From the IMG/VR virus record IMGVR_UViG_3300009314_000016: a stretch of 50,945 nt of DNA; one strand, 5' to 3'. This document shows, in pieces, positions 16,627 through 23,752 of this stretch. The stretch is from a virus. The first letter of the stretch is position 1, and each line of letters opens with the position of its first letter. The translations under genes and the position numbers were made by a program. The notes below the pieces were generated by a model. The model saw only the letters and a list, made by a program, of their open reading frames with translations, ran no database searches and had not been told where the DNA came from.

Positions 16627-16836
16627 CTATCCTGGGCAAAAGGTATACCCGTTTTTTTCTTTTAATATATCAATTAATTTGTAATCCATATCGATTTTGA
16701 TAATTTCCTTTTTCGATTCACGTATTAAATATATCGAATTCCTAATATAATGCTGCATCCTACGAGTTTCAAGATTTACAGCCACTTGCGTCCAATCTTC
16801 GTCAAACCTCTGTTCTAATATCTTTGTATTTTTCAT
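16627..16836 (-). CDS. Hypothetical protein
   Basis: Track ORF, GGAGG before the ATG. Confidence 0.65.
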   Translation of the reverse strand: MKNTKILEQRFDEDWTQVAVNLETRRMQHYIRNSIYLIRESKKEIIKIDMDYKLIDILKEKNGYTFCPG

Positions 16837-16865
16837 CTCTTTACCTCCATTTTATAGTATTAATT

Positions 16866-17075
16866 CTATAAACTTTCAGCTTTTATTATATACAGCTCAG
16901 CTCTTTCAGCTGCTGTACTTGACAATGCTTTTCTTCTGAAATCATCCTCTCCTTTTACTGCAGCTGCCCATAGTTCCGATTCTTCCAGATGTGTTTTAGC
17001 TATAGCTATCAATCTAGTAGCCTCGTTTCTCTGACCTTCATACTTTTTCTCTAATGCCTCGATTCTGTTATCCAT
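16866..17075 (-). CDS. Hypothetical coiled-coil protein
   Basis: Track ORF 16866-17117. Start moved to ATG 17073-17075 after AGGAGG. Confidence 0.65.
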   Translation of the reverse strand: MDNRIEALEKKYEGQRNEATRLIAIAKTHLEESELWAAAVKGEDDFRRKALSSTAAERAELYIIKAESL

Positions 17076-17295
17076 TATTATACCTCCTAAGGCTATCTCT
17101 TCAGTACAAGGAGCCAACCCTTGCAGACTGCCGCAGCGGTTTCGAAATTTTAGTAATCTATAAAAGTATTAAACATTCTTTTATACGCTTCAGCTAGCTT
17201 ATCATGATTATGTTTAACAAAATCCATTACGTTGCATGGAAGGTATGTCATATTTAGTTAACATGGCTACCTCCTTTAATTTCTGTAATATTTAT

Positions 17296-17324
17296 GGTTA
17301 GGGTACAGCCCTTGTACCCTAACC
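17296..17324 (-). terminator. 12-bp stem hairpin downstream of gene 17353-17613 (possible terminator)
   Basis: ggttagggtaca-gccct-tgtaccctaacc. The downstream U-tract on the minus strand is weak. Confidence 0.4.
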
Positions 17325-17352
17325 CTTTACCTGTTACCCGTTACAAACATAA

Positions 17353-17613
17353 TCAGGTAAGTCTGTTATATTCCTTTAATTCAGCACCCTTGATCTGTGC
17401 TGCGAACCAGTTAAGCTCTTGGATACTTTCTTTTACGTAGTACTCTTTACACTCTATATCATACTCTGAATAATCATTCTCTATAGCTTCTATGTAATCA
17501 GATAATACATGTATAATATCTGATACTTTAAATCTAAAACATTGCTTTATACTCGCTCTCTTCTCTCTGTAAATTTCTAACAATTCTTTTAATGGTCTTA
17601 TTTCTCTAGTCAT
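17353..17613 (-). CDS. Hypothetical protein
   Basis: Track ORF, AAGGAG before the ATG. Confidence 0.65.
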   Translation of the reverse strand: MTREIRPLKELLEIYREKRASIKQCFRFKVSDIIHVLSDYIEAIENDYSEYDIECKEYYVKESIQELNWFAAQIKGAELKEYNRLT

Positions 17614-17626
17614 TTTCGATCACTCC

Positions 17627-17818
17627 TTAGAATTTTAAGTTATTAAGTTTTGATAATTCAGTAGCGGTTAACTCTCTTACAGGTTCTTCTTTTCGCTCTT
17701 TTTTACTGTAGTCTACGTCATCAAATTCCACCACACCATCAAGTATGAATATCGATACTCCTCTATCTTTCGCCTGTTGAACTCTTTCCTCTCTAGTCAT
17801 TATAGTTAATTTAGTCAT
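17627..17818 (-). CDS. Hypothetical protein
   Basis: Track ORF 17627-17875. The only SD (AAAGGAG) abuts the ATG at 17818, so the start is uncertain. Confidence 0.5.
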   Translation of the reverse strand: MTKLTIMTREERVQQAKDRGVSIFILDGVVEFDDVDYSKKERKEEPVRELTATELSKLNNLKF

Positions 17819-17837
17819 CTCCTTTATAGGTTTCGGA

Positions 17838-18050
17838 TTAATTATTTTCCATAAACTGATGTATTTCGTCAGCATTGAAATCTTTGAACATATGATACTG
17901 CTTTCTTGAAAGATCTCTCATACTGCTCTCGATAAATTTACACCATTCTATGATTAGATTGAAATCCAACTGCGTCTTGATTTCATACATTTGACTTAAC
18001 ATATTATAACTCATCATAAATCTTTCTTTTAATCTACCTGTTTTTACCAC
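17838..18050 (-). CDS. Hypothetical protein, first gene of the leftward arm from the 18076 promoter
   Basis: Track ORF, GTG start after AGAGGTGA. Confidence 0.6.
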   Translation of the reverse strand: MVKTGRLKERFMMSYNMLSQMYEIKTQLDFNLIIEWCKFIESSMRDLSRKQYHMFKDFNADEIHQFMENN

Positions 18051-18075
18051 TTATATCACCTCTTGATCTGATATA

Positions 18076-18152
18076 AGTATAGCATAGAAATATAAAAAAG
18101 TCTACACTTTTTTTAACTTTTTTTAACTTTTTTTAACTTTTTTTAACTTTTT
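18076..18152 (-). promoter_or_regulatory. Leftward sigma70-type promoter with four phased A-tract repeats
   Basis: Minus strand: (GTTAAAAAAA)x4, GTG, TAGACT (18099-18104), 17 nt, TATACT (18076-18081). Confidence 0.65.
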
Positions 18153-18159
18153 ATGGATA

Positions 18160-18188
18160 TTAACATTTTACTTGAATTATGTTAAACT
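18160..18188 (+). promoter_or_regulatory. Candidate rightward promoter for the late operon
   Basis: TTAACA, 17 nt, TAAACT, about 30 nt upstream of terS. A weak match. Confidence 0.3.
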
Positions 18189-18216
18189 TAATTTAAGTTT
18201 AAACAGGAGTGATATT

Positions 18217-19188
18217 ATGAGTAAAGACAATAAGAAAAAGCAAGCTAGAAAATTATATGAAAGTCCTGATAACTCTCTATATACTTTAGAGGATGTAGCA
18301 GATCATTTAGACTGTTCTGTAAGTTGTATAAAAAAATATGCAGCTGAAGACAGTAGAAACGGTCATAAATGGAAAAAAGTACCTAGATTAAGAAATAGCA
18401 AGAAACAAAATGATAATAGTTTTGAAAAAGATGTGCTGAAGGGTAACCATAGACAGCCTGCCTCGTCTAACCATTCTGACGGTAAAGTAACTGTCAGAAA
18501 AACATACGTAGACGGCGAGGCTGTCAAGGACATTCTAGGGTTTAACCCCCTAGACGAGACTTTTAAAGCCCCCGATCTAACAGATAGAGAGAAAATGTTC
18601 TGTTATTTCTTTTTAGAAACTTTCAGTGTGAAAAATGCTGCTGTAAAAGCAGGTTATGCACCTAAAAATGCAGCTATAATGGGGGCTAGGGTTATGTCTA
18701 GACCAGCCGTCACCGCTGAAATTAACAGACTAAAAGAAATAATAGCTCACAATTGTTTTGTAAGCATAGACAGAATTATAAACAAACACGCATCTATAGC
18801 CTTCAGTGATCTATCAGATTACGTAGACTACGGACATAAATCAGAATTAGTAGAGGTCTATGATGAGGACGGTAATGTGGTAGACTATGAAGAGAAAAAA
18901 GTGGGGTATTTCAATATAAAACCGTTAGCAGAGGTAGACGGATCTATTATAAAAGAAGTTAAGCAAGGGAAATACGGTATGGAAATTAAATTAGAGGATA
19001 GACAGAAATCATTGGATTTCTTAGCTAACTTTATAGCCGTACCTAAAAAAATCGATCAGGATAAACTGGATATAGTTAAAGCCAAATTGAACTTAGATAA
19101 GGAGACTACTTTAGAAGAAATGCTTGAAATGGTAAGAAATTTATCAGACGACGGTATGGAGGAGTTTATCAATGGGTTACAAGAATAA
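18217..19188 (+). CDS. terS: Terminase small subunit
   Basis: FCYFFLETFSVKNAAVKAGYAPKNAAIMGARVMSRPAVTAEINRLKE resembles the Terminase_2 core. AGGAG before ATG 18217. Lies immediately upstream of terL. Confidence 0.8.
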   Translation: MSKDNKKKQARKLYESPDNSLYTLEDVADHLDCSVSCIKKYAAEDSRNGHKWKKVPRLRNSKKQNDNSFEKDVLKGNHRQPASSNHSDGKVTVRKTYVDGEAVKDILGFNPLDETFKAPDLTDREKMFCYFFLETFSVKNAAVKAGYAPKNAAIMGARVMSRPAVTAEINRLKEIIAHNCFVSIDRIINKHASIAFSDLSDYVDYGHKSELVEVYDEDGNVVDYEEKKVGYFNIKPLAEVDGSIIKEVKQGKYGMEIKLEDRQKSLDFLANFIAVPKKIDQDKLDIVKAKLNLDKETTLEEMLEMVRNLSDDGMEEFINGLQE

Positions 19189-20638
19189 CTTACATAAATT
19201 AGCTGTATTTAGTAACAATTATCTAAAAGAGAGAAAACAGGCTAGAACTAGTTTCAAGCATTATATAATTTTCATGAAAAAACATACATATGAGATGTCG
19301 TGGTTTCATGAGGTTATAATAGATGAATTAAATGATTTTATATTAAATGACGTAAAAAAACTAATGTTGTTTGCACCTCCGCAACATGGTAAAAGCGAAC
19401 TATCGTCGAGGCTGGCACCTAGTTTCATATTAGGTGTTAACCCATCCTTGAAATTAGCGATAGTTTGCTATGCCAAAACAATTGCAGAGGATTTCAGTAG
19501 TGATGTACAAGAGATAATAAGCTCGCAGAAGTATGGAGAACTTTTCCCTAACACAAAAATCGATGGTGTCAGAGGGGTAAAAAGAGGGACTCTAAAGAGA
19601 AACAATTATATAGTAAAAACTTCTGAGGGTGGTTATTTGATATCGGTAGGGGTGGGCGGTCCGCTAACCTCAAAATCGGTAGATATCGCTATTATAGATG
19701 ATTTATACAAGTCAAAAGAGGACGCCTGGTCGTCACTCTACAGAAACAAAGTATGGAACTGGTATTTCTATGTTTTAGAAAGAAGATTACATAGAAACAG
19801 TAAAATACTGATTCTATACACCAGGTGGCATGAGGAAGATTTGGCCGGTAAGCTGTTAGCCAGAGAGCAGGAAAACTGGCGAAAAGTTGTTTTCGAGATA
19901 CTGAAAACCGGTAAAATAACAGATAAAAGAGACGTTAGAGAAGTAGGGGAGGCCCTATGGCCTACTAAACACACAAAAGAGTCTGCTGAAAGATGGAAAA
20001 AACTTGACCCTATAAGCTTTGAGGGTCTGGGTCAACAAAATCCTAAACTCGAAAAAGGTAAGATGTATCCTCGGCATAAGGTATATGTTGAGTTGCCTGA
20101 TTTTTCGGATTATCATCATATATACAAGGCCTATGGGGATACAGCCGATGAAGGGGCCGACTACCTGGCAACTGGATCTTACATAGAGTGTGATGGTTAC
20201 TGTTATATAACAGAGATATTATACACTCAAGATCCTATGGAAGTTACAGAACCTTTAACAGCAGCTTTGTATGACAGGAATAATGTGAAACAGGCTTTGA
20301 TAGAAAGCAATAATGGTGGTAAAGGTTTCGCTAGAGAGGTTAGAAGACATCTAAAAACCGACCATAGCAATAATGACTGTGCGGTCAATTGGTTTCATCA
20401 AAGCGATAATAAACAGGCTCGTATCTGGTCAAATGCTGCGAAAGTAATGAATCGTGTAATCTTTCCGGACGGTTGGAAAGACAAATATCCAGACGCTTAC
20501 GCCAGTTTTGTGAACTTTATGAGGGTGGGAAAAAATGAACATGACGATTTTCAGGACTTTTTAACCGGTATAGTAGAGAATATAGAGACTATACCAGATG
20601 ATGATATAGGGGTATATTTTGATAATGAAATGGTATAA
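19172..20638 (+). CDS. terL: Terminase large subunit
   Basis: FAPPQHGKSE Walker A-like motif, IAIIDD Walker B. 488 aa, sits between terS and portal. Confidence 0.85.
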   Translation: MGYKNNLHKLAVFSNNYLKERKQARTSFKHYIIFMKKHTYEMSWFHEVIIDELNDFILNDVKKLMLFAPPQHGKSELSSRLAPSFILGVNPSLKLAIVCYAKTIAEDFSSDVQEIISSQKYGELFPNTKIDGVRGVKRGTLKRNNYIVKTSEGGYLISVGVGGPLTSKSVDIAIIDDLYKSKEDAWSSLYRNKVWNWYFYVLERRLHRNSKILILYTRWHEEDLAGKLLAREQENWRKVVFEILKTGKITDKRDVREVGEALWPTKHTKESAERWKKLDPISFEGLGQQNPKLEKGKMYPRHKVYVELPDFSDYHHIYKAYGDTADEGADYLATGSYIECDGYCYITEILYTQDPMEVTEPLTAALYDRNNVKQALIESNNGGKGFAREVRRHLKTDHSNNDCAVNWFHQSDNKQARIWSNAAKVMNRVIFPDGWKDKYPDAYASFVNFMRVGKNEHDDFQDFLTGIVENIETIPDDDIGVYFDNEMV

Positions 20639-20640
20639 TA
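20632..20640 (+). promoter_or_regulatory. Extended -10 element TGGTATAAT abutting the left end of the palindromic element
   Basis: Same TGGTATAAT as the -10 of the 46603 promoter. No clear -35. Lies in the last codons of terL. Confidence 0.35.
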
Positions 20641-20644
20641 TTAC

Positions 20645-21132
20645 TTTATTTTTTCGAAAAAAGTCGCCCTCAGAGAAAACGATCTTGTTGTGCGTAAGGA
20701 GACGCCGGTATTGAAAGGTATTTAGATAGTAGATTTTACAAGTTCTTTCGAAGAGGCTTGCGCCGGTGGTTAACAATTGTTAGTTATTTGCATTCCTGGT
20801 GACTCAAGGAAATGGTTTTTAGATTATTATAACTGTTATTTAATGTATTCCAGCTAACTCAAGGAAATGGTTTAGATATATTTCAGGTACATTATTTTTA
20901 TACATTTTCATTTCCTTGAGTCACCAGAAACGTAAATATACTATGTATATATTATTACAAAACCATTTCCTTGAGTCACCAGGAACACAAAGAAATAATT
21001 GTTAACCACATTGGTACTTACAGGTCCAGGATTTTAAGGATTTTTAGGGCAAAATATAAGGTTCAGACCCGGCGTCTCCTTACGCACAACAAGATCGTTT
21101 TCTCTGAGGGCGACTTTTTTCGAAAAAATAAA
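20645..21132. repeat. 488-bp mirror-symmetric modular element (perfect 64-bp terminal inverted repeats, nested mirrored boxes, GTAC centre)
   Basis: 20645-20708 is the exact reverse complement of 21069-21132. Inner mirrored blocks lie at 20767-20778/20997-21008, 20793-20819/20959-20985 and 20849-20873/20909-20927. GTAC at 20887-20890 is the exact midpoint. Confidence 0.95.
20793..20985. repeat. Four copies of a ~25-nt box (TCCTGGTGACTCAAGGAAATGGTTT), two forward and two reverse, about 30 nt apart
   Basis: Boxes at 20794-20818 (+), 20849-20873 (+, diverged), 20909-20927 (-), 20960-20984 (-, identical to the first). Confidence 0.9.
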
Positions 21133-21167
21133 TATATATTAAAATACAGTACTTTTGTAAGTGGGAG

Positions 21168-22460
21168 GTGATAAAGATTTTTAAAAAAATTAGAAAAGCA
21201 GTTTCGGAAGCTTTAAAAAAACCTTGGGGTATGGTCAGAACCTCTACTTATCAGCAGTATAGTGTGAACTTTGAAGCCTTTAAGAAAGAAGCATATAACA
21301 ACCCTTTTTTCGCTGCACCCATCAATGAAATAGTAAGAACATTTAATGCAGCAGAAATAGGTGTCTATAGAAAGGTAAAGACATCTGAAGGTGGTACTAA
21401 ACTAGAAAAGGTTGAGAATCACAAGGTCAACAAATGGTTAAAAAAACCTAATTCAGGTCTTACTCAATCGACTTTTCAGAAATACTACCTGGTATGGAAG
21501 TATATCCAAGGGGGATGTCTACTTTACAAGTCTCTAGGGGTAGAAACTAGACAATTGTATATATATTCACCTGATTCTTTTAAGATAAAAAGAGACACTA
21601 ATAATTTTATGATAACAGGTATCAAAATAGGTGAGAATACCATCACTGATCCTGACGAGTTAGCTCAATATCATTTAGTAAGGGAATTTAACATCAATGA
21701 TAAAATAGCGGGGCTAGACGAGAAGTTCGCGCCTGTTATATCTCCTCTAGCTAAAGTAGGTGATATGAGTAACTTTGGTTTTACCCACCAAAACTCACAA
21801 CTTGCTAATTCAGGTAAAAGGGTAGGTATAGTAGAGTATAAGAAAAACCTAGGAGAGGCTAAAGCTGAGGAGTTAAACAGAAAGTTTAATGAATTAGGTA
21901 AAGGTGCGGATAACGCGGGTAACGTAGCTACAGTACATGGAGAGGATTTTAAGTTTACTCCTATGGATGTAACCCCTCAAGAAATGGACTGGTTATCTTC
22001 TATGAAATTTGTTAGGGAGTTAATAGCCTCTACGATAGGGGTTCCTGTGCAGCTAATATCTACGGAAGGTACTACTTATAACAATGTAAAAGAATTTAAG
22101 AAAAAACTGTATTCAGACATAACTGAGCCAGAATTAAAAGCATACAGCCAAGATATGACAGCATTTTTAGTTGATGACCTATCAGACGACGAATTTATCT
22201 GGTACGACTTATCAGGAGTAGAAGAATTGAAAACTAATGCAGCCGATATCGTAGAGCAGCTTAACAAGGCTTTAGAGGGTAAAGTGACTATTAACGAGTT
22301 CAGAAACATAGTAAACACACTGTTAGGAGAATCTATTCAGGTTAAGCTAGAACCTATCCCTGATAAACTAGCTGATCAGGTTTTAGTGTCTACGTCCTTG
22401 ATGCCTTTATCTGATTTAGGTATATCACTAGGTACGGACGGTCCAACCGATGAAGATTAA
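21168..22460 (+). CDS. Portal protein
   Basis: 430 aa, positioned after terL and before the Mu-F-like gene. GTG start abuts GGGAGG, so the exact start is uncertain. Confidence 0.7.
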   Translation: MIKIFKKIRKAVSEALKKPWGMVRTSTYQQYSVNFEAFKKEAYNNPFFAAPINEIVRTFNAAEIGVYRKVKTSEGGTKLEKVENHKVNKWLKKPNSGLTQSTFQKYYLVWKYIQGGCLLYKSLGVETRQLYIYSPDSFKIKRDTNNFMITGIKIGENTITDPDELAQYHLVREFNINDKIAGLDEKFAPVISPLAKVGDMSNFGFTHQNSQLANSGKRVGIVEYKKNLGEAKAEELNRKFNELGKGADNAGNVATVHGEDFKFTPMDVTPQEMDWLSSMKFVRELIASTIGVPVQLISTEGTTYNNVKEFKKKLYSDITEPELKAYSQDMTAFLVDDLSDDEFIWYDLSGVEELKTNAADIVEQLNKALEGKVTINEFRNIVNTLLGESIQVKLEPIPDKLADQVLVSTSLMPLSDLGISLGTDGPTDED

Positions 22461-23190
22461 AGGTAATCAATTGAAATTCGTTAAAAGAAGAGCAGCTAGA
22501 ATAGTAGCTGCTAAGGACAGGGAATATAACAAATTACAAAAGAGACTAGAAAATGTGTATAAATTGTGGATAAACAAAGAGTTTGATCAAATAAATAAGA
22601 TAACTATAAATTCATTTGCGTGGAAGCAGCTTGAAAAAGTTATTACAGATACAGTATTATCAGACTCCAGAATATTTGTTAGAAATACAATTAATTTTCT
22701 AAATTCTTACGAGGGCTACGGATTGACTCCACTACAGGTCGAAGTATTGACTACAAGGGTGTTAGGCAGAACTCAAGAAACTCTTAAAAAAGACGCTGCC
22801 AGGAATGTCAATACTATGAAAAAGAATATAGGTAAAGTGATAAATGCAGCAGGAGAGATAACTGAGGAGGAGCTGGCACAGCTGCTAAGAGATAAAATGA
22901 TCAAACAGTCTGTGACTAGATCGAAAGCCTTGGCTTTTCCAGCAGCAGGATCTTTAAATAGTATATCTTACGACGCAACAGCTAAAAAAGCCCGTAGAGA
23001 TATGAAGATATGGATCTATACTTTTTTAGCCAGAACGCCTCGACCCGGTCATTTAGCTTTAGATGGAGAGGCTATTAAACTGAATGAGAAATTTGATGTA
23101 AACGGTTATCAGGCGAGATATCCGCACGACGCCCAAAACTTACCTATCAGTGAACGGGCTAACTGTCATTGTGTAGTATATTACGCTTAG
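22450..23190 (+). CDS. Head morphogenesis protein (Mu F / SPP1 gp7 family)
   Basis: Position after the portal gene. C-terminal ...PGHLALDGE...RANCHCVV resembles the Mu-F family C-terminus. Confidence 0.65.
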   Translation: MKIKGNQLKFVKRRAARIVAAKDREYNKLQKRLENVYKLWINKEFDQINKITINSFAWKQLEKVITDTVLSDSRIFVRNTINFLNSYEGYGLTPLQVEVLTTRVLGRTQETLKKDAARNVNTMKKNIGKVINAAGEITEEELAQLLRDKMIKQSVTRSKALAFPAAGSLNSISYDATAKKARRDMKIWIYTFLARTPRPGHLALDGEAIKLNEKFDVNGYQARYPHDAQNLPISERANCHCVVYYA

Positions 23191-23212
23191 AATAAAAATG
23201 GAGGTATGTAAA

Positions 23213-23743
23213 TTGAGTAAATTAACCAAAGACGAATTATTGTTAGAAAATGAAGAACTAAGTAAAAAGAATGAATTACTGAAAGCAGAAAAAGAAGGCT
23301 TAAAATCAGAGAATGAAAAGTACGCTGCTGAAAGAGAAGAATTAAAAAAAGAGAACACTGAACTAAAAGATAATATAGCTGAGTATGAAGATATAGAATC
23401 TATGTACGCAGCTTATAAGGAAGCTACTGATAAGAGGATAAAGGATCTGGAAGAACAAATAAAACCAGTAGAGGAAAAGACACAACTATCTTTTAACGAT
23501 GTAGTGCAGCTGCTTCAGGACAGTGAAGAAAAAGAAGGGTTAGCATATACCAGACCTAATTGGCCTAAAAACAAGAAAGTTGTAAAGAGAAAAAGCAGGG
23601 TCATGATCATGGAGAACGGTAGATATTCATTCTTCAGCGACACTACTGGAGAGATTACTAAAAAAGATTGGGTTAAATGGGAGTCACCTAGAAAAAAATT
23701 AACTAAAAAATTAGCTGGTGTAGTAAAGACAGTAGAGGGGTAG
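23213..23743 (+). CDS. Coiled-coil protein (possible scaffold-like or decoration protein)
   Basis: Track ORF 23198-23743. The TTG at 23213 lies 8 nt after GGAGG. E/K-rich heptad-like N-terminal half. Confidence 0.55.
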   Translation: MSKLTKDELLLENEELSKKNELLKAEKEGLKSENEKYAAEREELKKENTELKDNIAEYEDIESMYAAYKEATDKRIKDLEEQIKPVEEKTQLSFNDVVQLLQDSEEKEGLAYTRPNWPKNKKVVKRKSRVMIMENGRYSFFSDTTGEITKKDWVKWESPRKKLTKKLAGVVKTVEG

Positions 23744-23752
23744 TGATTTTAA

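Noticed and set aside
17118-17280. Two tiny ORFs (16 aa MLTKYDIPSMQRNGFC after a strong AAAGGAGG, and an overlapping +1 ORF of 25-33 aa ending ...AEAYKRMFNTFIDY)
   Set aside because: Possibly another frameshifted small gene, but each piece is too short and lacks motifs. I could not decide between a leader peptide, a disrupted gene and non-coding DNA.
20561-20776. 71-aa track ORF on the minus strand overlapping the terL 3' end
   Set aside because: It has no SD and a non-ATG start. Its C-terminal ...RRLLTHNKIVFSEGDFFRKNK is simply the translation of the 64-bp inverted-repeat arm, and it runs antisense into terL.
20793-20985. CRISPR array (about 25-nt boxes separated by about 30-nt unique stretches)
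   Set aside because: There are only four boxes, two of them inverted relative to the other two, and the second pair is diverged. No cas genes or leader are present, and the whole unit is embedded in a larger palindrome. Kept as a finding about boxes, not called as a CRISPR.
20971-21171. 66-aa track ORF sharing the peptide RRLLTHNKIVFSEGDFFRKNK with ORF 20561-20776
   Set aside because: The shared peptide is a by-product of the perfect inverted repeat being read outward on both strands. It has a TTG start without an SD. Exact nucleotide identity of the arms argues for a DNA/RNA-level rather than protein-level constraint.
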